The notes under the pieces are model-generated. The model saw only the letters and a list, made by a program, of their open reading frames with translations. It was not told where the DNA came from and made no database searches. A stretch of 63,507 bases of DNA, the filler included, from Reclinomonas americana ATCC 50394 (taxonomy: Eukaryota): NCBI GenBank assembly GCA_048213135.1. It is 19 parts of 19 records of this genome, joined end to end, with 100 filler letters (N's around TTAATTAATTAA, not from the genome) between each part and the next. Parts side by side here need not be neighbours in the genome. Positions count along the whole stretch, not along the records: positions 47,968 to 51,951 come from AFZH01022453.1; positions 52,052 to 53,398 come from AFZH01022454.1; positions 53,499 to 61,984 come from AFZH01022455.1; 16 more parts are not named here. The stretch is one strand, 5' to 3'. The position numbers and the translations under genes were made by a program. How positions within the stretch are numbered: position 1 is the stretch's first letter; the number at the start of each line of letters is the position of its first letter. Below are positions 47,868 to 60,100 of this stretch, piece by piece.

Positions 47868-50800
47868 NNNNNNNNNNNNNNNNNNNNNNNNNNNNNNNNN
47901 NNNNNNNNNNNTTAATTAATTAANNNNNNNNNNNNNNNNNNNNNNNNNNNNNNNNNNNNNNNNNNNNCCTACGGTGACGAGATAACGAGAGGGAGACGAA
48001 GGGGGAAGTGATCTGTGAATTGGCGTGCGAGAGAGGCGAGAAGAGAGGGTGTGAGGGGACGGGCAGGTGTCAGGTGCACGCAGATGAGCATGTTGATTTC
48101 GATGTCGTGAGAAACAGAGACATAAGAGGCCTTGGAATGCAGAGAAATGAAGGCTGAGCCCATTTCCTTTCGTATGGCGGCAAGAAAGAGAGAGGGAGAG
48201 AGAAAGAGGAGTGGCGAGAGAAGAAGGGGGAAGTGAGATCGAATAGTGCGAGGGAGACGCGGGAAGAGAGGGTGTGAGAAGAATGTCACGTGTCAGATGC
48301 ACGCAGATGAGCTTGTTGACCTCAGTGTTGTGAGAAACGTGGCAGTATTGGGAGAGAGAGCATGGAAATGCCTGGGAATGCAGAGAGATGAACGCGCGTG
48401 AGCTCATTTTCTATCGCTTGGTGCTCTGTTTCTTGTCCATTCCTTCGCTGGTTTTCTGCGTCGTCTTCTTCTTGCGTCGGTGCCTCGTCTTTCACGGTTC
48501 GCAGACTCTTTTTGCCAACACGACTTTGTCTTCCCACTTTCGGCTTAGTCTTCTCCATTCTTTGTTTCCCTTGATCTTCCCCCTTCGGCCATCCCCCCTT
48601 GCTTTCCTCTTTCCTCTTCCCCTTCCTCTCGCCCCTTCTCCTTCCCCTTGTGCTTCCTTGTGCTTCCCCCTTGCTCTTCCTCCTGTTCCTCTCATTGCTC
48701 TTCTCCTCTTCCCCCTGCTCTTCCCCTAGTGCTCCCCCGATTGCTCTCCCTTCACACTTCCCCGTTCTCTTCCCCCATTGTCTTCCCCCATTGTCTTCCC
48801 CCTTGCTCTTCCTCTTTTGCTCTTCCCCCGTTGCTCTCCCACTTCGCTCTTCCCCCTTTGCCCTTTCCCCTTTGCACTTCCCCCTTTGCTCTTCCCCTTT
48901 GCTCTTCCCCCTTGCTCTTTTCCCCTCACCCTTCCCCCTCACCCTTCCCCCTTGCTCTTCCCCCTTGCTCTTCCCCCTCGCTCTTCTCCCTCGCTCTTCC
49001 CCTTCCCCCTTCCCCCTTCCCCCTTCCCTCCCCCTCCTCACCCTTCCCCCTTTTCCTTCCCCTTCCCCCACCAGGGCATCATGACGCGCTACATCGACCT
49101 CCACGCCAAAATCCTCGCCTCCCCACCCACCCACCGCCGCCTCCTCGTCTTCCGGGCCTCCAACGACGGCCTCGGCAATCGCGTGCAGGGCCTCCTCTCC
49201 ACTTTCCTGCTGGCGGTGCTCACCGACCGCGCCCTGCTCGTCGACTGGCCGGCGGCGGCCATGTCACACGCGGCGCTCGAGGACCTGTTTGTGTCGCCTG
49301 GCTTTGCGTGGAAGTACAACAAGGTGCTGGTGGAGGACACGATCGAGGCCATACCGCCGGCCAGCTCGCGCATTCGCAGCTTCTGGGTGCCCTACTGCCG
49401 CTCGTGCGCCAAGCGCGGCAACAAGGACGACTCGCTGATGTACGAGGGCCTGATGTGCGACCCCCACTTTGGCATTGACCCCGACCTGGCCGTCCTCGAC
49501 ATTACCTCCACGCAGTGGTACACAGCGCCGATTATGCACAATCCGCACTGGCGCGAGAAGATTTGCGAGATGTTTGGGCATCGCGAGAACATGTTCAAGT
49601 TGCTGGCGCGCATGTTGTTGCGGTTGACGCCGGCGTTGGAGGCGGAGGTGGCGGAGTTTCGCGCGCAGCACTTTGACGGGAATCGCGTGGTGGGTATTCA
49701 GATGCGCAGGACCGAGGCGCACACCAAGTCGTCGAATCAGTTGCGAGGTGAATGGGGTAGTAGGGGAAGGGGGGGGAGGGGAAGGGGGTAGAAGGGGAGA
49801 AAAGGGGAAGGGGGGAGGAGGGAGAGAGAGAGGGAGGGAGGGAGGGAGAAAGGAAGAGACATGTGAGTGAGAAAGATTACTGCGTTTTATCAGCTGCAGA
49901 TGATTGTCGAGAAGTGGAGATCTGTGTATGCAACGGGCTGTTGGTGGTGAGGTGTGCGAGCTAATGCTGTGTTTGAGAATTGTTAGTGTGTGTGAGAGAG
50001 AGAGAAAGGGAAAGAGCAAAGGAGACGATGTGAGTAAGGAGGCAACAAAATTGGGATGGCGTGTCGTCATCTGCAGATGGTTGTCGAGAAGTGGAGCTGT
50101 TTCGTGAGGTGTGTGAGGTTATGCTGCAACTGGGAACGGAGAGTATTGCGGGTTGATTCCCATGTTACGGTTGAGCAGGCGAGCGGCCAGCGATGGTGTG
50201 TTTCGTGCCTTGGTGTGACAATATGCGCTCGCTTTCAGACAACAAAACTTTCCATACTGTGTGCCTGCTCCTGCGTCATTACACCCACGCACTAGTTTTG
50301 ACTCTCATCTGATTGTCTTTATGCCCAGTTTCCGTTTTGCTGTGCTCGCCTGTTCTCTATTGCGTTCTTGGCTCTCTTCCTCTCACATCGTGAATCCTTC
50401 ACCGTTTTATACCACCTCATTTTACCAAGGACGAGAACAGAGAGGATGTGGAGCAGTGTGAAGAAGAAACGAGAGCACGGGTTCTCTCTTTCTCTCTCTC
50501 GAAAGGAGGAAGAATAGTGACTTTCTTATTTCTCGATCCCCTTCTCAATCGCCATCACCCCACAGTGTACACACAATGCGCGGCCAAGTTGGCGCACTCT
50601 CTTTCGCTTCAGCAACCCGAGGTGCGTGGGTTCTTGTGTGAAAGTCACCTTGTCGCCCTCCCCACTGTACCAATCATTCGTCGCAGAAACCGGTCAAGTG
50701 GTTTGTCGTCTCTGACGACGCGTCGGTGCGCGACAGCGTGGTGGATATGCTGCCGCCGGGCGTCGGCATCTCCACGGGTGCCAAGGTCGACAAGGTAAGA

Positions 50801-51745
50801 GAAGAGAGAATCTAATTGACATGCTGGTGGTTTGTTGCTATCACTCACTCTCTCGTGCACACAGCGTTCGAGTCGCGGCATGCAGGACGCGCTGCTGGAG
50901 ATGTGGCTTCTCGGCGAGGCCGACGAAATCATCATCTCCTCGTACTCGACGTTTGGATTTGCGGCGCACGGGCGCACCGGTGTGGTTCCGCATGTGGTGA
51001 CAGGTGAGTGGGGGAGAGAGAGGGAGGTTGAGGGAGAGAGAAGGGGAGAGAAGAGAGAGCGAGCAGAGATAGAAGGCACGAGCGAGAAAGAGAGGAGGCG
51101 CGAGCGAGAAAGCGAGAGCAAGCACGACCTAGAAACGATACAACACGAGTGAGCATGCGAGAGAGGGCACGAGCGAGAAAGAACGAGAGCGTGAGCGAGA
51201 AACGAGAGAGCACGAGCGATAAGCGAGAGAGCACGAGCGAGAAACGAGAGAGCACGAGCGAGAAAGCGAGAGAGCACGAGCGAGAAAGCAAGAGCAAGCA
51301 CGAGCGAGAAACGATACAACACGGTTGTGTATGCGAGAGAGGGCACGAGCGAGTAAGAACGAGAGCGTGAGTGGAAAATTGAGAGCACGAGCGAGAAACG
51401 AGAGAGCACGAGCGGAAAAAGGAGGCGTGTGAAAGCAGAGTGAGCATGGACGAGAAAATGAGAAATCACGAGCGAGTCATACGAGAGAGAGCACGAGCAA
51501 AAGAAGAGAGTGTGGCGGAGTGGCAAATGAGTTGCAAAAATCACGCAAATGGACTTCTCTCTCTATCTCTCTCGCTCGCTCGCTTACCCTCTCTTTCTCT
51601 TTCGTGCACAGAGTCGTTGCACTGCTTCAAGTTGCTCTCCCCCGAACCGTGTTCGCAATACCAGTTTGCACTGCCGATGCTGAGCTGCTGGAAGCCGTCC
51701 ATGCGCTCCGTCGACTTTGCCAATAGCCATAATTGCTATGTTTAA
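46220..51745 (+). CDS. Type II membrane alpha-1,2-fucosyltransferase-like glycosyltransferase (GT37/xyloglucan FUT-like)
   Basis: TM RRRLVVAVLACVLVAQLAW. Exon from 49075 with NDGLGNR...LLAVLTDRALLVDW and VGIQMR; later WFVVSD, ALLEMWLLGEADEIIISSYSTFG, SPEPC; stop 51745. Confidence 0.85.
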
Positions 51746-54117
51746 TTGTGCTGTTGTGTCCCCGTGTTGTTCCTCAGGGGAAGAAGGATGGGGTAATATT
51801 AAAGGTAATATCTGGCAGATATTGACGGAAAGGGCGACGATCGACAGTTCATTCACCAACAAACAAGCAACAGCCGTCTTGATGACCAAGTTCAACCGTG
51901 TCCAAAACATCAACAGAAACACCACTCTTGAGGCAGCAGCAGGTTCCTTGTNNNNNNNNNNNNNNNNNNNNNNNNNNNNNNNNNNNNNNNNNNNNTTAAT
52001 TAATTAANNNNNNNNNNNNNNNNNNNNNNNNNNNNNNNNNNNNNNNNNNNNAAAGCCGGGTCCGGATCCGTGAAGCAGGCAAAGCAAAAGCAGTGGTGGT
52101 GTCGTAGTTGGTGGTGTGGCTGAGGCAGAAAAAGCGAGAAAAAGTCGAGATGTAATGCTGGCGATCCTGCAAGAGAAACCACGGCTCAAGTGGAGATGAA
52201 CCTCCCGTGATGCTGGTGAGGCTCATATCATCGGTGGCGTGAACAGGTGGGGCTTGTTTGTCGACAAGGAGAATGCATGAAGCCCATTTCTAACAAGAAG
52301 CATATGGCATGGAAGGCCATCCTCACAAGAGGTGAATCTTGGCGCCCAAAAATATTGAGTGGCATCACCCAATTTTCATCCTTCTGTGAGGACGCCGTGT
52401 GCTCTCAGTTGTATCACACCGGAGAGCTCCGCTACGTTAATGCGAAAACCCTTGTGTGAAGCAGTTGGGCAGGAAAAGAAGACAGGTGCTCATCTGTGTA
52501 CGCGCTTGCAATGGCAGGCCTGCGCGTATCCGCACATGGGACGGTGGAAGAAGCCGGTTTGTTCTCGACCTCCACGTGGTATGTTCGGAAACAAGCTTGC
52601 CTGGTTGTGGTGGAATCAGGTAAGGTTGGCCAACTGGGAACTTCCCACCCCGCCGGCTTCTTTTTGGCCATGGGGGCGTGGTTTGAGAGAAGTAACAGTT
52701 TCCCAATGCTTGCCCCTCTGTTCTTCTTGATATGATCAATTTCTCTTTGTCTTCTTCGTAGTTACTGCGATGGACGTCTTCGGGTGGTCACTGCTGACGA
52801 AGTCTTCTTCCTGGCCTGGAGGCCGTGTGTCCTGAATAGGGCTTTATTCTTAACATCGACAACACACTTAAAACAGTTTTAGTTGTAGAAGGAAAGCACG
52901 CGAGACTTGTTGGCGATCACTGGTAGATGCTCATTGTTGTGTATGGATCAGTGAAGTTTCTATTATATTATGGCGGTCAGTTACCATGCAGTTCGGACCC
53001 GAAACTCGCCAGTTTTCGACGCACTTTTCTTTTTCTTCATTGTGTTCAGCTCTTTCACAGTAGAACACAGCAAACAATCGTTCCCACAACGAATGGCAGC
53101 ACTGTCCTGATTCGCTGCAGAGTCCGCTCCGCCTTTTTCCGCGAATCACCAATTCCACAGTCCATGCCAACCGACGACCCATCCTGCAATCTGTACTGCA
53201 AGACAGGAAGAAAGGCGAGTTGCGCGTTCCCTCCACCTCCACACATCCACACTCACACACATATCAGAGAGGAAACAAAGAAACGAGAGAGAGTGAGAGG
53301 GGCAGAGTTCGCTTTTTCCGAGTGCACATGCGCATCTGCACTTGTCACACTCACTCACTTACTCACTCACTCTCTCACTCACTCACTCACTCACTCTCNN
53401 NNNNNNNNNNNNNNNNNNNNNNNNNNNNNNNNNNNNNNNNNNTTAATTAATTAANNNNNNNNNNNNNNNNNNNNNNNNNNNNNNNNNNNNNNNNNNNNGA
53501 GAGAGAGAGAGGTGGAGGGAAAGGGAAAGGGAAAGCGGAGAGAAACAGAGGGAGAGAGAGAAAAGGAAAGGAAAAGGGAAGGGGAGGGAAACTGAACGAG
53601 CATTGCAGGAGCGAGAAAGAAAAAGAGAAAATGAGCGAGAGAGAGCGAGCGAGAAAGAAAGGGAGAGAGAGAGTGAGCGAGAAGGGGAGAGAACGCAACG
53701 GGGGGACCCCGGAAGAGAATTGCAAGAGAGAAAGAGAAAGAGGAAAAAGAGTCCTTGAGAGAGATGGAGGAAGAGAGGATAGGGAAGGGGAGGAACCCTG
53801 CAAGAGATTACAGACAGCGAAGTCTGAGAGTCATAGGAGACTGGAAGAGGAGTGAACACACTGGTACACTCACAGGCAGAGTGTGTCAGAGTGTGTATGC
53901 ATGCTTTGCGAAAACGACTCAGGAGAGACTTGAGTGAAGTGCAACGGTTACACGGTTTGCCGTGGTGTGCGAGCATGTGCTCGTGAGGAGAACAGTGAGA
54001 GCAAGAAGAGAAGGACTCAAAGCGAGTGACTTTGAAGGAGACGAGGATTGCATGCCCCTTTCTTTCATTGTCTTGTTGACCCTCTGTTTTTCTTACTCTT
54101 CGACTCCCTGCCTGCAG

Positions 54118-57100
54118 GTTGCGCCAGTGTTTTGTACACTCTTGCCACGGACGAGTCGCAGCACGAGCTCTTGCGTCAGATATGCTTACCCTCCGTCTCG
54201 CAGCCCTCCACATTTATTTTATCGCTCATCACCGCTGCTCGCGCACTCAGCCGGTGTGAATCTGCGCACGCTGATCTATCGGGAGTGGCAGGGCGGACTC
54301 ATTACAGTCGAGGAAAAGGAGTGGATTCGTTCGACGATTCTGGGCATGTTGCTGCACCCGTCGTACAAAATCTGTGTTACTTTTGTTGCGTGCATGGAGC
54401 CGGCAGTGTGGGTGGTTTCTGCGATTTCTTGATCGCGTCGTTGCTCTGCTCCTCTCGCTCGCCTCGTCGCTCGCCTCCTCCTCTTGCTCGCCTCATCGCT
54501 CTCCTCCTCTCACTCGCTCTCCTCCTCTCACTCGCTCTCCTCCTCTCGCTCGCCTCGTCGCCCTCCTCCCCTCGCTCGCTTCGTCGCTCTCCTCCTCTTG
54601 GTCGCCTCGTCGCCCTCCTCCCCTCGCTCGCTTCGTCGCTCTCCTCCTCTTGGTCGCCTCGTTGCTCTCCTCCGCTCTCCATCCTTGTTACTCACCTTGT
54701 CATTTGCTTCCACAGTGCCGCATCGTGGCCACCATTGGCCGACAAGATTGGCCCGAACACTGGCCCGATTTGCTTGACAATCTCATCCTGTTGACGCGCT
54801 CTGACGACCCACTCCAGGTCTGTTCAACAGATTTAAGTCTCACCAATCAACCATCCGTCCTCACTTCCCGTGTCTGTGGCGCAGGTCTACGGTGGCGTCA
54901 AGGCCCTCAATCTCCTCTCGGAAGACTTTGACAGCGACAACTACGCGGTTGCCATGCAGCAGTTGTGCCCAGAGCTCGTCAGAATTGTATCTTGTGCTGA
55001 CAAGGTATGTGTGTTTATCCATCCCGCCCCTCTCGCCCTCCCTCTCCCTCGCCGTCCCGTTCATCTCATCTCTTCACTTTCCTCGCATCTTTTGCTCTCT
55101 CTGTCTCCATTATTGCCTTGCATTTCGTCCTCCCCCTCTGTCGCTCTCCTCTTCTCGCTGCTCCCCACTCGCTGCTCCCGCACTCGCTCTCCCCTCTCTC
55201 GCTCCCTCTCTCTCGCTTCTCCTTTTCCCCGTCCCCCCTCTCCGTCCCCCTGCCTCCTTCCCCCTTCGCCCTTCCCCCTTCGCCCTTCCCCTTCCCCTTC
55301 TTCCTTCCCCTTCGCCCTTCCCCCTTCGCCCTTCCCCCTTCTTCCTTCTTCCTTCTGCCCTTCCCCCCTTCTCCCCCTTCCCCCTAACCCCTACTTTTCC
55401 CATTCTCCCCCCTCTCCCAGCCCTACGCCATGAAAATGCGCAAGCGCGCTCTGGACACGGCGATCAACATGCTCTCCCCACTTATGCTCGTGCACATGGG
55501 CGAACCGAGTTTCGTCGCGCCACGTTGCCCCTCCCTCCCTCCTTCCCCTTATTGTCGCACACACAGCCAAGACCACCACCCGCCACGCCCGCGCCTTCGC
55601 CGAAGCCTGGCTGGAGACGCTCGCCAACATTCTCATGCAGCCGGTGGCTGCCAACGATCAGCTGCACATGGGAGCGCTGAAAATCATCAACCGACTCGTC
55701 TCCTACTTTTCCAAGGCCATCAAGCGCTACATGAGCTCCATTGGCGAGCTGGTGTACGCCTATTTTGATGGATTGCTGCCGCTGTATCTCGCCGGTGCGC
55801 GCTCTCCCTCCATCGCATTCGCGGTATATTTCCTCACCTGTTTGCGCGTGCAGGCGAGGTGCAGGGCGACTCGGTGCTGGAGGAGGAGGACGGGTACGAC
55901 AGCGAAGGCGATCGACGCGGGCTGTCACTCGTGGCGGCGCAGCTGTTCAGTGTGCTGACCACCATTTTGGTGAAGAGCGCCGGCTTTTCGGAGCGACTGG
56001 CGCCCAACCTGGAAATGTTCCTCACGCAGGTCATTCAGTACTCGCAAATTACTTCGGAGCAGGTGGGTGGATGGGTGGGAGGGGAGGGAGAGGGAGGGAG
56101 AGGGACGAAGAGGGGAGGGAGAGGGAGGAAGAGGGAGAATGAAAGAGAAACTGAGAGCGAGAGAGCAGGGGGAGAGACTGCGAGAGAAAAGAGAGAGACT
56201 GCGAGAGAGAATGAGAGAGAATGACGGAGAATGAGAGAGAGAGACTGAGAACGAGAGAGAGACAGAGAGACAGAGAGAGACTGTGAGAGACTAAGAGAGG
56301 CTCATGCACTTCGGTGAATGACTCCAGTGACCACATACGCACAGAGCAATCGGTAAGTCCACTGCCTCAGACGAGGTGGCGCCCAGTGCGCGAGACCGTC
56401 AGTGCATGCACTATGAATTGAGAGAGAGAGAGAGAGACTGAGAGAGAAAGAGGGAGATTCAGAGAGACTGAGAGAGAGTCTGAGAGAGATTGTGAAAAGC
56501 AGGACCAAAACAGACAGAAACTGACAGACACTAACAGAGACGGACAGAGACTCACGGAGTGTTGAGACGGACAGAGATTGACAGAGGCTAACAGAGGCTG
56601 AGATAGAGAGAGAGAGAGAGAGAGACTGAGATAGGGAGAGAGAGGCTAGTTAAAGACTTACAGAGACGGACAGAGACCGACAGTGGCAGTGCAGAGACGG
56701 GCAAAGACTAACAGAGACTAACAGAGATTAACAGAGACAGACAGAGGCTGACAGAGACGGACGGAGACAGGCAAAGACTGACAGATACTAAACGGCTGAC
56801 AGAGACGGACACAGACAGGCAAAAACTGACAGAAACTGAGAGAAAGAGAAGAGAAAGAGAGAGAGAGGCAGAAAGAGAGAGTGAGACTGAGAGTGACTGA
56901 GAGAAACTGAGGGTGAAACAGAGAGAGACTGAGAGAGAATTGACGGGGATTGGTAGATACACACACACACACACTCGTACACACGCCACTCTCTCTAACT
57001 CTCTCACTCGCTCACACAAGCACTCATTCACTCATTCGCTCACTCACACTCTTCTCTCTCACTCATTCACTTACTCTCTCACACACTCACTCACTCTCTC

Positions 57101-60100
57101 ACGCACGCACGCACACACATACATTTGCGCACACACGCGGAGAGAGCCACGAACAGATGATGTGAGAGAAAGCCAACCTTTTCTGTCGCCTCACAGGAAG
57201 AGGAATGGTTGCACGATGCGAACCAGTACGTGTGTGACGAGGACGAAGACTCGATGGAGTTCACCGTGCGCACCTTTGCCGTGGAGCTTGTATTGGTGAG
57301 TACCTCACGCATACGCAAATGATCTCCATCCCCTCAGCGCTCACCCCCCTCTGCGCACAGCAAATGCTGTCATCGTTTGAGGAGTTGGCAGTGGAGGCAC
57401 TGTTGAATGCCGTGATGAAGAGCATGGAGCAGGCGGCGGCGCAGTCGGTCGCCGACCCCGCCTCCAGCTGGTGGAAGCTGCGCGAAGTGAGCGTGCTCTT
57501 CCTCGGACACATGTCCAAGCACATGCTGATGGAGGCCGACGGTGATGTGGAGGCGGTCAAGTTGCCGTACAGTTGCACGGAGGTGGCCGAGGTGTTGATT
57601 CGCGATGATTTGTCGGGGGGAGGTTTGTCGGGGAACGGGAAAGAGGCAAAGGAAGGGGGGAAGGAGGAAGGGGGAAGGAGGAAGAGAGAAGAGAGTGTGG
57701 AAGAGAAGAAGAGAGGGGAGAGAGGTGGAGAAAGGTGGAGAGAGAAGAGATGATAGGGAAGTGGACTAGAGGTAGAGGAAGTAGAGAGGTGAAGAGAGGT
57801 GGAGACGAGGAGAAGAGAGAATCTACAGAGAAGAAATGAGTTGCACCAGCTTTCTCTATTCACGCTATCGTTTCCTGTTGTGTTTCGTATCCCTCCCGTC
57901 TCCACGCACTTCAGCTCATGCAGATCTACGGTCTTTGGGTTTGAGTTGAGGCTCCGAACAGTTTGATGATCTTCTGTCGCAAGGTTGAGCGCTCGGAGAA
58001 AATGAGAGGGAATGGAGGTGGAGAGTTAGCTGCATGCAGATATCGTGTGATGTGGCTGTGTGAAGTTTGTCTCTCTCTTTTCCTCCCTCGCTCTGCTCAC
58101 TTCCTCAATCTATGTTGCAGTCCTTTTGTCAAAGTGCTCTTGTCATTTCTGTTTGCTTTCTGATCTCTTGTAGTTTCTCTCTCTCTCTCTCTGCGCTCTT
58201 TCCCCTCTCCTTTCTCTGTTCTGCATTCTGCAGTTCATTATGTCCATTTCACTCTCCTCTTCTTGCATCCCCATCACCCTTCGCATTCCCTCACATTCCC
58301 TCGTATTTCATCGCGTTTCTTCACATTCCTTCGCATTCCTCCGCATTCCTTCCCTTTCCTTCCCTTTCCTTCCCTTTCCTTCGCTTTCCTTCGCATTCCT
58401 CCGCATTCCTTCCCTTTCCTTCCCTTTCCTTCCCTTTCCTTCCCTTTCCTTCCCCCTCCTTCGCTTTCCTTCCCCTTCCTTCGCGTTCCTTCGCTTTCGG
58501 TCCCCTTCCCCTTCTCCTCTTCCCCCTGCCCCACTCACCCTTCCTCTTTTACCTCTTCCCCCCCTTCCCCTTTCCCCCCCTCACAGCCAACCTCTACCTG
58601 CACGGCCGCGCGCTGTGGTATCTCGGCACGCACTTCTCGCTGCTGCAAGAGACCGAGATGGTCAGCAGGGAGCGCGTGCTGACGTTGATGACGGACTCGA
58701 TGCACCCGTCCATGCCGGTGCCCGTCAAGTACTCTGCATGTCAGGCGCTGCACAAGTGCGCATCACCTCGTCTGTGATGTTCACCCCCGCTGCGCCGTCT
58801 CACCCCTGCCCCCTCCCACTCGCAGCATGCTGGAGGACGCCGAGGACAACTCAATGTTTGCGCCGTTTGCCGCCACCATTGCAGACAACGCCACGCGCCT
58901 GATTGAGACGGCGGAGAAGGAGTCCATGGACACGGTGTTCAACACACTCTTGCCGGCTTTGGAGGTGGGCTGGGAGAGAGGGATACCCGCATTCGTTTGT
59001 TGACTAACTCGTACACGCGCCGCAGTTGGATCCGCAAGTGACCGAGGCGGCGGCGGACCAAGTCTCCGCCGCGCTCATTCGCGTGTGGCATCGTTTCAAC
59101 GACGACGTGCTGCTCATGGTTTGTCGTCAACAATCCCGCCTTGTTTTTTCAGCATCCTCACCCTGTGTTGTGCAGACCGGCGTGTTTGACATTATCGGCT
59201 GCATGCTGCGCACTCCGGGCGCCGTGGAACACGTGCTGCGACACATCCACGAACCGATTGTGCAGATTCTCGAGCACGCAAATGCCGACAACAAGGCGTT
59301 GGTGGAGGTGAGTGTGTGGGGGTTCGTTGCTTGTCTTGGCAATATCTCTTGTTCACTATGTACGCGCAGCAAGCGGTGGACATGCTCTCGAAAGTGTTTG
59401 GCAACATGTCGGTGGCGGGCACGGAGGCCGGCGAGTTCCTGCTGCAGACGTACTTTGTGCCGCTGATGACGGTTGTCATGCACACGGAGACCATGGAGGT
59501 TATCACGGTGAGGCGAGGGGAAGGAGGGTAAAGAGGGTAGAGAGGGGAAGAGGAAGAGGAAGAGGAAGAGGAAGAGGAAGAGGAAGAGGAAGAGGAAGAG
59601 GAAGAGGAAGAGGGAAGAGGGAAGAGGGGAAGAGGGTAAGAGGGTAAGAGGGTAAGAGGGTAAGAGGGGAAGAGGGGAAGAGGGGAAGAGGGGAGAGGGG
59701 AAGAGGGGAAGAGGGGAAGAGGGGATGTGGGAGAGTGGGATCGTTGGGGAGTGAGACAGGGAACATGGAAGAGGGGAAGAGGGGAAGAGGGGAAGAGGGT
59801 AAGCGGGGAAGCGGGGATTAGGGGATGTGAGGATGTGGGAGAGTGGGACGTTGGGGAGTGTGAGAGGGAAGAGGGAAGAGGGAAGAGGGAAGAGGGAAGA
59901 GGGAAGAGGGAAGAGGGAAGAGGGAAGAGGCATAGGCAGAGGCAGAGGCAGAGGCAGAGGCAGAGGCAGAGGCAGAGGCAGAGGCAGAGGAAGAGGAAGA
60001 GGAAGTGGAACAGGAACAGGAAGAGGGGAAGAAGAGGGAGAGGGAGAGAGAAAAAGGCGAAAGGAGACACTTACGTTGAAGAATGAGAACGCGAAAGGAA

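Noticed and set aside
52052..53330. Lower-GC stretch with short ORFs, possibly a degenerate element or the IPO9 5' region
   Set aside because: No diagnostic motifs or termini visible.
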